Source: Leucoraja ocellata (Eukaryota). From it: 64,000 nucleotides of DNA. Both the position numbers and the translations under genes were made by a program. The stretch covers positions 1 through 64,000 of the forward strand of contig JAWMAR010001182.1 of NCBI GenBank assembly GCA_036785375.1, in the 5' to 3' direction. Position 1 is the first letter of the stretch, and every line of letters begins with the position of its first letter. Below, in pieces: positions 52,483-64,000 of this stretch. Below the pieces are notes generated by a model. The model was not told the DNA's origin and made no database searches. It worked only from the letters and a program-made list of their open reading frames with translations.

Positions 52483-53670
52483 CTCCCCCCGCAAACGTCC
52501 TCCCTCCACACACACAAACACAGCTAATAAACCAAAACATACAACTAACAAGTCAAAAACAAATAAAAGACAGACCGTAGGGGCCTCTGCCGCGAGGCGC
52601 CGCCATTTTGTCCAAACAGGAGAATTTACTAAATCGTTACTGTCAGCACCGTACTCAGGATCTAAACGGGTCTCTGACAGTGTAATGCCCCTGTCCCACT
52701 TAGGAATTAGTTTACCTTCCGGTGGGTCTTCAGTGTAAGGGAGCAACTCTCCAGCTACGACACTATGCCGCCTAATTTATTCCTACACTGCTCAAACTAT
52801 CCTTTTTGCGAGGTCCCTCGAGGGAGTACAGTAGAGCTATGATCTAGTGAAGGTGTTGTCATGTTGCTGTTGTGGAGGAATTCCCAGACTATAGCGATGC
52901 AGAGAAGTAATTCAGTACCGGCTCATGGAGCAAAAACAGTAATTACTGCATTAAGGTATTTGCACATTTGTGCAGTCACCCATTGGGAAAGGCGCCAGGC
53001 GTATTCAAAGGGTTTAATTTTACTTACCTCACGGGCATATCCATCAGGGTATTTATTTTAGCAGTTGCTGTAGCTATGCATCTGGTGTCTAGTGATATAT
53101 CCAGCGACACAGATCTGGATTACTCAGCAAGGCCCAATGGTGAACTACCCATCTGCATTACTGATAATCCGCCATTTGTGTTAAATAATTTGGTTTATTG
53201 ACTTCCTATTCTTCCCGCGTCCCGGACGATTTTTCTGCAAAAAGTGAAGGCCAATGACCACCTGAAATTAGAAAGTCTGTCAGGGTGTTGGTGAAGTGGA
53301 ATTGGTTAACGTAATTGTGACAATTCCGGGCCAGCCAATCCTCCATCCAGTGACACCATAGTTTTTCTGATTAAAACAGAAAATTCTGCAGTTATTAACC
53401 AGGTTCTCCAGGACTGAGAGAGAATGAAACAGAACACACGTTTCAGATCTCTGGTCACATGTTCTATCCCGCTGTCATAAGAGCTCTTGTAATTCTCTGC
53501 AGCAAGTGGCTAATGTTATGGAAACGGATTCCGGAGAAGCAGCTCGCAGTTGGAAACAATAAAACCACCAGGACACCTGCACACAATGAAAGCAAACCGA
53601 CAACTGAGAGAGAACAGGAAAGCAGGCACATCCAACCGCATCAGCGGAGCAGAGAGCAAGACAAAGGCGA

Positions 53671-53708
53671 TGTTTTTGTAAGGGGCTTAACTTGTTTCCA
53701 TCACTGTG
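53671..53708 (-). promoter_or_regulatory. Recombination signal sequence (23-class, 22-nt spacer) of TRV2
   Basis: CACAGTG-22 nt-ACAAAAACA, identical to the TRV1 RSS. Confidence 0.93.
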
Positions 53709-54179
53709 CGCCCCAGTGCGCAGTAATAGACTGCAGAGTCGCTGAGATCCAGCCCTGAGATACTCAAGCTGGTGAACTTAGTCGCGGTATTGAGCTCAAT
53801 AGAGAAACGAGTATCAGCGTATTGGGCCTTATCTTCATTGTTGCTGGTGTCTCTCCTCATAGTAAACTCGGGCTGCATGCCTGGATATTGTCGGTACCAG
53901 AATAAAGCATATCCAGTCAATGTGGTATCATAGTTACAGGTTAAAGTCACCGCTTCTCCTTTTGTCTTCGTCGCCGTGGGCAGTGGCTGTGTGACAGATT
54001 CTCCGTGAATCGTGACTGTAAAATAAATATATTGAGATAGTAACAAACACCGGAGTGCCATGAGATTGCACTTCTCAAGCCAAGATCTCACTGAGGAGGG
54101 CGAGGGGAACTGAAAATATTGATCCAGAATTACCTGTCAGAAACGCTCCCCACACCACACAGATGCCGAGGAAACGCAT
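53709..54179 (-). CDS. T-cell receptor alpha/delta-type V gene segment 2; leader exon 54179..54134, V exon 54015..53709
   Basis: Same leader, intron and V architecture as TRV1, open frame ending DSAVYYCALGR, followed by an RSS. Confidence 0.92.
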
Positions 54180-54291
54180 TTTCCTCGTTCACTATGTACT
54201 TGCAGAGTTCGAAACTTGAAGAGACAAAAACTGGATCGTTTTCTCAGTCAAAGGGCGTCTGCTGGTCTCGCTGTCACTGCCCTGTGGCCCC

Positions 54292-54304
54292 AGTGATGTC
54301 GTCA
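54292..54304. promoter_or_regulatory. Possible CRE/decamer-like TCR V promoter element (copy 1 at 36301..36313)
   Basis: AGTGATGTCGTCA / AGTGATGGAGTCA about 105-125 bp upstream of the V leader ATG, resembling the TCR V promoter decamer AGTGAYRTCA. Confidence 0.3.
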
Positions 54305-56117
54305 GAGATGTGGGTGGGCAGCGGGGTCATAGCCAATTGAAATACACGTAACCGGAATCCAGCTTCCCCCCCGAGAGTATTCGCATCCGCTTGAACAAAC
54401 CTTGATTGAGGAAGGCATATTTGTTCCTGTAACCGGTAATGAAGGTGCGAAGCCTGAGATTGTTAAGCGAAACAATAATAAGGTGCATATTCACAAATGG
54501 AATAGATCGGGTAAACTCACAGTCTCTTGGCCAGATTGAGGGGCGATCGAGAAACAGAGAACATAGATTGAAGTTGAGTGGGGAGGAAGATTTAATAGAG
54601 ACCAGAAGGGTAACTTTTTCATGCAAAGGGGGCGGCGCATGGAACGCGCTGACGGAGGTAGTTGTTAAGGCAGGTACAATCGCAAAGTTTAAGAAGAACA
54701 TTGACATGTACATGAATAGAGCTGATGTTGAGGGATATGGGCGAAACGCTTGCGGGTAGGACTGGTGTGGATGGAACATGTTGGTCGGTGTGGGCATGCT
54801 GGGCCGAAGGGTATGTTTCCACGCTGTAAGACTCTATGATGCCTTGATTCTAAAAAAAAAACACCACTGTATTATCGGCATCCGTCCAAAGGCGACAGGC
54901 ATTGGTCAGATCTACAGTCGATTCGGCCGTGTCGAGAAAATGGGAGTTATTACGATATTTTGGCGTTTTCATTGAGAAATGCACGTGGTTTCTATATGAA
55001 GTAAATTACAAGCAAAGCCGGAAGTATGTGCAAGGAGCCACTTTCAATCAGTTTTCAGTTCCACTCCCCTCCATCTGCCATGTTTTGACCAATGAAATTA
55101 TTTCCTGAGGACCTCATCCCATCGAGTCCACGCCAACCATCGATGACCCGATCACTTTCGTTCCATGTTATTCCACTTTTCCATCTATTCCTTACACACT
55201 TGGTGCATGTTTACACAGGCCAATTCACCTAAAATAACCACACGTATTTTGGATACGGGAGGAAATCAGAGCACCTGGACGATACCGACACGGTCACAGC
55301 GAGACGGGAAAACTCCACTCAGACATTACCCGAGGACAGGATTGATCCCGGATCTCTGAAGCTTTGAGGCAGCAGCTGCGCCACTGAACCGACAAAATGT
55401 GTGATTTGTTTTTATAAAGATTGCAGCTGGGTGATTGTTGAACTTTAACCACAGCTAGCCGACAAAATAGGTTTGGAATTTCCATGAGTTTCAGCATTAT
55501 ATCGAGTGGTCTAGTGATCTGCATTCTGCGCACCGACCGCTGCTGCCTGGATTGCGTTCGTGGTCAGGGAGTAGGGCGGTTTATTTCTGCTTCCAGTGGA
55601 AACATTATTAGACCGCGCATCGTTCAGTCTGTGTAGTTTCAGCGTCGCCTCCACCACGTGAACAGTTAGCAGCTGATTAACATTAAAATGATGCACTTAT
55701 GCAAAATACACAAACATTAATGCTACCAACGGCTAACAATACCATAATCCCGACAGGATCAGGCGGCCAGGGCTTTCAGATACAAATTAATATTGAGATT
55801 CACATTCAAAATATATCTCCAAAATCGAAGAAAATATATGCCAACAATGGCCCACAAATCATCTTTTCGAATATGCTAACTATACAACGTGTTGTGCGTC
55901 ATGTAAACTACATGTAACACTTGCTCGCGGAATGGCGTGGATATCAGGGTAGTTGGGGAGGAGCAGCCATACATTGAGAAATCGTAACATTTGGCTAGGT
56001 CTTTACATGGAAATGGTTCCGCCTTCACAGACCTCGACTATGGGAAAAACAACTGCGATTATTGTGAATTGTGGAATTATAGTACGTCACGTTTTTGAAT
56101 TTCAAAATATACTTTAT

Positions 56118-56925
56118 GGGCAAATGCATGGCAGATGCAATATAATGTGTATACATGTGAGGATATCCACTTTGGTGGCAAAACCAAGAAAGTAGACTAT
56201 TATCTGAATGGTAGCCGATTAGGAAAAGGGGAGATGCAACGAGACCTGGGTGTCATGGTACACCAGTCATTTAAAGTAGACATGCAAGTGCAGCAGGCAG
56301 TGAAGAAGGCGAATGGTATGTTAGCATTCATAGAAAAATGATTTGAGTATAGGAGACAACACCAGGAGTATTGCGTACAGTTTGTTCTCCAAATCTGAGG
56401 AAAGACATTCTTACCATAGAGAGAGTACAGAGAACGTTCACCAGACTGACTCCTGGGATGTCAGGACTTTCATATGAAGAACGACTTGATAGACTCGGCT
56501 TGTACTCGCTACATTTTAGAAGATTGAGGGGGGGTCTTATAGAAACTTACAAAATTCTTAAGGGGTTGGACAGGCTAGATGCAGGAAGATTGTCCCCGTT
56601 GTTGGGGAAGTCCAGGACAAGGGGTGACAGTTTAACGATAAAGGGGAATTATTTTAGGACCCAGATGAGAAAAATATTCTTTTCACACAGAGAGTGGTGA
56701 ATCTCTGGAACCCTCTGCCACAGAAGGTAGTTGAGGCCAGTTCATTGGCTATATTTAAGAGGGGGTTTGATATGGCCCTTGTGGGTTAAGGGATCAGGGG
56801 GTATGGAAAGAAAGCAGGAACAGGATACTGAGTTGGATGATCAGCCATGATCATATTGAATGGCGGTCAGGCTCGAAGGGCCGAATGGCCTACTCCTGCA
56901 ACTATTTTTATGTTTCTATTTGTCT
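56118..56925 (+). mobile_element. CR1 3' fragment
   Basis: Nearly identical to 42237-43045. Confidence 0.8.
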
Positions 56926-58186
56926 ATGTTAATTGGCTTGATTAAAAAAAAAGTTAAATTATCCAACTTGGCGATATGCAGAGTACTGCCCTGCCTACTT
57001 CAAAATTCAGAAGGTTCAGTAGGTAATACTTGAACTGATCATCTTCTCATATTTTAACCCTCCATAACTCATCATGGTTTTGTTCGCTGCAGAGGGAAAA
57101 CAATTCTGCATTATCCAGTCCATCTCACAATTCACACTGTCAAATACTAGCATCATTCGTGTGAGGAGAGTTGCATACTCCCTAGTTTAAATTGATCCGT
57201 AATTCATTATTTCGAAAAATAATATCCCTGTGCCTGTGCTGTACTGCATTGTGAAGTTTCTTTTCCTGCGAATTCCTTAGGTCGAGTGCAGCAAACATGA
57301 CACTTCTTTCTTAGGTCAAATCTTTCTTCAGAATGATCTATCCCCAAACATTTACAGCCGATCAGACCCATTCAATTCGTTCTATCATCTTGCACATCAA
57401 CATTCGTGATATCTCAAAAGGATTAATGCATTGAGAAGATTTCGCCCTAATATCTGGAATAACACCAACAGCTGTTCACCTCTGTGTTTTATGATTTAAC
57501 ACATTCATTTAAAGATAGCCTGTTGATCAAGAATATTTCTAGCCGCTGTTTATTTCCAGTCAGTTGTCACATTACACATTATATTCGCCTATTCTTTACT
57601 TCATGAAGTGGCAACAGTTGAAATACATTAATGCTGCTGTTGTAGCTGAATTGTATACGATGTCGTCTAGAAGGTTCCCTGTGGTTTACATCATTTAGAC
57701 CCTGCCAAAATATGATTATCTTTCCTTTTGAAAGGCAGCTCCACGGATATTGCAAGATGAAATTATTAATGGGTGCATGTTAAATGAAGGGAACGGTTTC
57801 TGGAAAATGCATTGCAAATGCGACAAGTAATATACTGTATTACATCGCAGCATGTGTGGATAAATGCTACAATACACGAATTTTCCTGCATCTGTGTGCC
57901 ATGCGTTAAAATTAAAAAATAGAATGATCACTCGTATTTTACAGTTCCTTTGTTCTGTTGGTGCTCAGCTGGTGCCTGAGCAGCGAGCGGTCGCATAATG
58001 AGTTTGATCGCGTTGCATCACCTGGGAGCAAACTGTTTGTTCAACGGTCCACAATAAATGTCCGCGGGGAGGTGAACGCACGCAGTCCTTAAGTTTTTCA
58101 AAGAATATAAATATAGCGCTGTTTGACTTCTCACTTTGACTCCTATAAGTTTTGCACTGCATAACTGCGGACGGCTTGAAGGAAAA

Positions 58187-60556
58187 ATGAGTTGGAAGTG
58201 GCACTTGGAAGTGGAATATTATTATTATCCAATTCTGGCAGCAATCGGAGTACCCGGTAGGTGAAGGGAACGCAGTAAGTGGGACTGAGATGTGGGATGA
58301 TGTGTTGATAAAGACAATGTCTAAGGTAAAGTGTAAATAGTGTGCGAAACGCGGGAATGCTAGACTGCAATCTTCAGGTTAGGGCGGTATTAACTAGAAC
58401 ATGTTTGTTTAAGAAATTACTGCAGTTGCTGGAGATAATCGAATCTAGACAAAAATGCTGGGGAATTATACAGCGGGTGAAGCGGCATCTATGAAGCGAA
58501 GTAATAGGTGACGTTTCGGGTCGAGACTGATCAGTCTGAAGAAGGGTCTCGATCCGAAACGTCACCTATTCCTTTGTTAAGCTACTTGATCGTTGGTCGT
58601 TCATTGGATCTGGCACAGGTTAATTCTCTTCAGGTTTAGGTGCATTGTTGCCATGTCTCTCCGGGAGCTGCAAAAAGCTTTGGTTTGCAAGAAATCCAAA
58701 TTAGATCAAATGATATTAAATAACAGTACAAACAATTCAATCTCAGTAACAGGTAGTGTAAGAGGGGAAATCGGAGTGCAGAGCGTAGTTCAAGTTTGGG
58801 AGCGCACTGCAGCGTATCACATCCACAAAGCCCAATGTCCGCAAGGGGATAGAGGTGAAACGGCAATGCCCTGGCATATGGAAGAGCGGCTCAGAAGCCT
58901 GACAACAGAGGGGAAAGAGCTGTTCTGGAGTCTGGTGGAGCGAGCTTTAAGCCTTCTCCATTTTCTGCCCGACGGAGCAGGAAGTAGAAGGAATGAGCGG
59001 GGTGAGACATGTCTCCGTTTCCAAAGATTGTGAAGTGCAAACGCAGTCAACAGTGCGGAGTCCATTTCGTGATATGGACCCGGCGTCTTCCAGAACCCTG
59101 TGCAATTTATTCTTTATTGGGCATAGATGGTCCCACAACAAGCTTTGTGCGGCACCGTTGTTGAGAATTATTGTGGAAGGGTGTTACCACTAATTCTCTC
59201 GGTTTATTCTTTAGGAAGTTGAGTATCCATTCGCAAGCTGGTGTGCTGCTCGCTGGGCTGTGGAGCTTATCAATGGGTTTGGATGGGAGTAGTGTTGAAG
59301 GCAAGTTCTCCAGCGGAGAAATGGGAATCTTACTTTCGACGCCTTTGTTGCCCGGCTGTTCCCGGGAAGGGTTTAGGTCCAGGACGATGTCGTCTGATGC
59401 GGACATGTTGCTGCAATATAGAGTCTGCGGTGCAACAAGTGTGGCTGGGAGACAGCTCACGCTACCTGCGTAGACCGCTGCTAATTAATCCGCACAGCTC
59501 CTTGGCAAGCACCCAGGTTTGCATGTGGGCCAGTTGTTTTCGAACAAATAAGCAAAGCGTGCCCTAAATTGATCCCCGCCTCCAAATTAGCATCGCGTTT
59601 CCCTTACATGTAACTACAGTTTCCTCTTTTCTACACCCGCAGTGAACTTGCTGGCAATTGTGATCCTGTCGCGCAGAAATTGTGGTCTCTCCAAATGCAC
59701 CACTCGGTACCTGGTGGCCATGGCGACTGTGGACCTCTCGGTGATCGTCTGCGAAGTGATGTTACATCGGATTGCTGACCTTTACTGGGGGCACTCATTC
59801 CTCTTACACAATACTGTGTGCAGGTCCATTATGTTCCTCGCTCCCGCGGCCGTTGCCTGTTCTGTTTGGCTCACGGTCGCTTTCACATTTGATCGCTTTG
59901 TGGCCATTTCCACTCAGAATCTGAGAACCAGATACTGCACTGAGAGAACCGCGCTGGTGGTTATAGTGACCCTAACTGCGTTCTTCTGTTTACTGAACGT
60001 CCCCTGGCCTTTTGCGTACATTTATTATTTCAGGGATCGGCAGGGTACACTGTGGGGTTGCCAAATACGATATCACTTTTATAGCCTCTCCTCGTGGATA
60101 ACATTTTCCTGGACTCAACAGCTGCTAGTCCCAGTCATTCCATTTTGTTTGATTATGCTGATGAACGTGCTCACAGTCAGACGCATTTTAGTGGCCAGTC
60201 GTGTCCGCAGAAAACTCTGCGATCTCAGTAGTGAGGACCCCGAGATCGCAAACCGCAGACGGTCCGTAATTTTACTCCTTGCAATCTCCAGCAGTTTTAT
60301 GCTGCTCTGGGGCACAAACGTGGCATATTTCGTATCCTATCGATGTACGATTGCATTTATGTACAGGGGGTTGAAGAACCCATTTGCAACATTTGAACAA
60401 ACTGGAATTCTGCTACAACTGTTGAACACCAGCACAAACACGCTTATTTACACCGTGACCCAGAGGAGGTTCAGAGAGCATCTGCTCCAGGTACTCATGT
60501 ACCCCTTCACCCTAACTGTAAGCTTAATAAAATCGAGAGAATCTGGTGTAAAATAA
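58187..60556 (+). CDS. GPR139-like GPCR, copy 4; join(58187..58256,59643..60556), 327 aa
   Basis: Exon 1 MSWKWHLEVEYYYYPILAAIGVP, GT-AG intron 58257..59642, intact 7TM exon 2. Confidence 0.92.
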
Positions 60557-61284
60557 CATTACTAATCCCACCGTGAGTCAGTGCAAAACTAGATAATGAA
60601 GGAGTTTTCTCTGAAATCTTTCCGCATCAATTTTCCAAAAAATAGCTTAGAAATACAATCTGAACGCGCCCCTTGCACTGGAATGCACATTTAGCCATCT
60701 ATTTAACATGCAACACGGGCGCGTTGTTCAAAGTGCCCAGTGGGAAGGGCGGCCATGTGGAGCCGAGTGCTATGTTGTACTGGAGCAGACCTCCAATGAT
60801 TCCGGAATTGAGCCTCGCCGTTAACTGTTACACATTCCTTTGGCAACGGCAACGTCTCCAGCACGCAATGAAAACAGACATAGAGTTATGGTCCTAAACA
60901 TTGCATGCTCCATTACTCTACAATTCTTTGAGCCGTTCCATGGTTACGTATGTAAATGCTCAGTGCACCAATGTGTTTAATAAAATTCTTGTTGCAACAT
61001 TTACGTTAATGAGAGTTCCATTCTATTTTTCCTTCTCGCACTGAATGTTATGCCTCGTTGCTTCTTACAGAGGCCTTCGGTTTTCAGTACAATTAGTAAT
61101 TCTGCACCAGATGCAGCCAAAGGTAGTGGGTGCCGTTCAAACAAGTTGGCATTACTAACTATATTGTTTAATGGAAGAAGAGTGTCACAAGCTAGTGTCC
61201 ATTAGATTGCTGTAAGGTGAGTGGGTTCGCCTGTCTGGTAAGCCAGAGATTCTGCATCGTTTAGCATTAATGCCCCACCTCCAT

Positions 61285-62887
61285 CTAGCTTGTCCATTTA
61301 TAATTGTATATGTTTCTATAAGAACCCCCCCCCCCCCCCTCAACTTTCTAAACTCCAGAGAATACAAGCCCAGTCTTTTCAACCTTTCCTCATATGACAG
61401 TCCCGCCATCTCAGGGATCAATCTCGTGAACCTACGCTGAAATGCCTCAATCACGAGGATGTCCTTCCTCAATTTAGGAGACCAAAACTGCACACAATAC
61501 TCCAGATATGGCCTTACCAGAGCTCTATACAACTGCAGAAGAACCTCTTTACTCCGATACTGAAATCCTCTTGTTATGAAGGCCAACATTCCATTGGCTT
61601 TCTTCACTGCCTCCTGTATCTGCACGCCAACGTTCAATGACTGGTGTACAAGGCCGCCCAGGTCTCGATGCACCCCCCCCCCCCCCCCCCCCCGTTACCT
61701 AACCTAAACCCATTGAGATAATAATCTGCTCCCTTGCGTTTGCCGGCAAAGTGGATAACCTCATATTTATCTATATTATACTGCATGTGCCACGCAACTG
61801 CCCAATTCACACTACCTGTCCAGGTCACCCTGCAACCTCCTAACAGCTTCTTCACAGTTCACACTGCCACCCAGCTTTGTGTCATCTGCCAACCTGCTAG
61901 TGTTGCTCCTAATTCCCTCTTCCAAATCATTAATATATATGGTGAAATGTTGCGGCCCCAACACCGAGACTTGAGGCACTCCACTCGCCACTGCCTGCCA
62001 TTCTGAAAATGACCCGTTCACTCCTACTCTTTGCTTCCTGCCTGTCAATCAATTTTCTATCCATGTCAACACCCTATCCCCAATACCATGTGCTCTAATT
62101 TTAGTCACCAGTCTCCCGTGCGGCACCTTATCCAAGGCTTTCTGAAAGTCTAGATACTCTACATCCAATGGATCCCCTCCAACCATTTAACTTGTCGCAA
62201 CCTCAAAAAATTCCCGAAGATTAGTCAAGCGTGATTTCCCTCTTCATAAATCCATGTAGACTTGGACTAATCCTTTTGCTATCCAAATTCCCCATTATTA
62301 CCTCTTTATTAATTGACTCCAGTATCTTATCTACCACCGAAGTCAGGCTAACTGGCCTGTAAGTCTCCGTTTACTCTCTCGCTCCTTTCTTGAAAAGTGG
62401 GATGAGGAAGACATAAATAATTTGCCGGAATTATCAGGGGACCGGGGGTCAAATAAGATGGAGGAGCGGAGCGAAATGCATGTTAGTCGGGAAGTGGTGT
62501 GAGGTAAATTGAATGGATTAAAGGCCGATAAATCCCCAGGGCGAGATAGGCGGCATCGTAGAGTACTAAAGGATGTAGCCCCAGAAACAGTGGATGCATT
62601 CGTGATCATTTTTCAAAATTCTTCAGATTTTGGAGTAGTTCCTGAGGATTGGAGGGTAGCTAATGTAACCCCAATTTTTAAGAAGGGAGAGAGAAAACGG
62701 GGAATTACAGACAAGTCAGTCTAACATCGGTAGTGGGGAAATGCTAGAGTCAGTTATTAAAGATGCGATAGCAGCACATTTGGAAAGTGGTGAAATCATT
62801 GGACAGTCAGCATGGATTTATGAAAGGTAAATCATGTCTGACGAATCTCAGTGCATTTTTCGAAGATGTAACTAATAGAGTGGATAA
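61285..62887. mobile_element. CR1 RT fragments (minus 61285-62400, plus 62400-62887)
   Basis: LYRALVRPYLEYCVQFWSP, SGVPQVSVLGP, ADDTKLGG and QHGFMKGKSCLTNL motifs. Confidence 0.85.
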
Positions 62888-63087
62888 NNNNNNNNNNNNN
62901 NNNNNNNNNNNNNNNNNNNNNNNNNNNNNNNNNNNNNNNNNNNNNNNNNNNNNNNNNNNNNNNNNNNNNNNNNNNNNNNNNNNNNNNNNNNNNNNNNNNN
63001 NNNNNNNNNNNNNNNNNNNNNNNNNNNNNNNNNNNNNNNNNNNNNNNNNNNNNNNNNNNNNNNNNNNNNNNNNNNNNNNNNNNNNNN
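62888..63087. other. Assembly gap (200 N)
   Basis: Run of N. Confidence 1.
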
Positions 63088-64000
63088 TATTTGGTTGTTC
63101 TCAGGGTACCTACGAAGATGCTCTAGACATGAGAAGAAAGCTTTCTACCAAAATGTGAACTGATAACGAAAGTAATTTCGGGACAAAATGTATGTCTCTT
63201 CTGCTGCTTGTGCCAATTTTGATATTCATGGCAATCAGTGTCCATTTGTAATGAGGCGCCACCTTCCTCAGATATATTTTCATAACTTGGTTTACCAACA
63301 AACCCTCCATCCGTTGAATTCAGCCGCCACGTCTTCAGTTCTCAGTGCCAATAATTCCACCATTCAGGTCCTCGACGGTTTCACCTCAACAGACGTTTCT
63401 TCTTTAAAACCATTTCTGAATGTTCATGTAAGTACCCCGGCCACAAATCAGCTTGAGACAATGATCATAAAATAATCCTTCCTTATTTGCTCATGGGGGC
63501 TTTCGGTTTTCAGCATAGGCTGTGGGCCGAGCATCGACAATGTGTCCAGAATTTAACTTTCGTGACCCACGCAACAAAATTACATGGCATTTTGCACAGA
63601 TTTAGATAAAATATAATTGGGAAGGAAGTCATATCTCGTCAGTGCCAAAAGTTACACATTAATTAGCTAAACTAATTAGAAAAGGAGATATAAAAAGTAA
63701 GCGCCATCTCGTGTCCAATGTCCATAATACACGATGGGAGCAAAAATTCCGTGCTGCTGTCTATTTGAACCATATATTATTATACCATAAATATATGACT
63801 TGTGACTGTTTTCCTATAACATTATGTATCATTATCTATTATATATTAAAAGTCTGTGGCTGCCGCCGTCTGGCGTCCGTCCGGCTGCCTTTCTGCCTTT
63901 TGATTCGTTCCCTCGTGTGATTTCACAATGTCCAATGCCGAAATCTGTCCCGTTTCCTCCTCCTCCTCTACCCTCCCTCCACTCTCCTCCGCCCCTCCCC

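Larger units (their letters stand above)
30722..61225 (+). repeat. Tandem segmental duplication of the TCR-V plus GPCR cassette: about 30722-37985 vs 47120-55978, and about 42237-47340 vs 56118-61225
   Basis: Colinear flanks, V segments, RSS and GPCR genes. Confidence 0.88.

Noticed and set aside
1-64000. TCR D, J or C segments; tRNA/rRNA genes; CRISPR arrays
   Set aside because: I found no FGxG J motif with a 12-RSS, no C1 domain and no structural RNA gene by eye; the sequence is eukaryotic.

Overview
Eukaryotic, repeat-rich genomic DNA. The CR1 LINEs with ATAGAAAC/ATATGGTT tails, HE1-type SINEs, Penelope and Rex1/Babar fragments, and the gene content suggest a cartilaginous fish, probably a skate or ray (inference). 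The window is a recent tandem segmental array of roughly 14-18 kb units. It holds four intact two-exon class A GPCR genes of the GPR139/GPR142-like type on the + strand; the short exon 1 was found by eye and is not in the ORF track. Interleaved with them are two intact T-cell receptor alpha/delta-type V gene segments on the - strand, each with a leader exon, a V exon and a 3' RSS with a 22-nt spacer. The order is GPCR1(+), GPCR2(+), TRV1(-), GPCR3(+), TRV2(-), GPCR4(+). The GPCR and TCR-V were co-duplicated as a cassette, and both vary mainly at their ligand-facing surfaces (GPCR extracellular loops, V CDRs). The main candidate novelty is an orphan-GPCR repertoire embedded in a RAG-rearranging TCR V array, where V(D)J recombination could delete or reposition receptor genes clone by clone. 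Most other ORFs are retrotransposon debris. There is a 200-N gap at 62888-63087.
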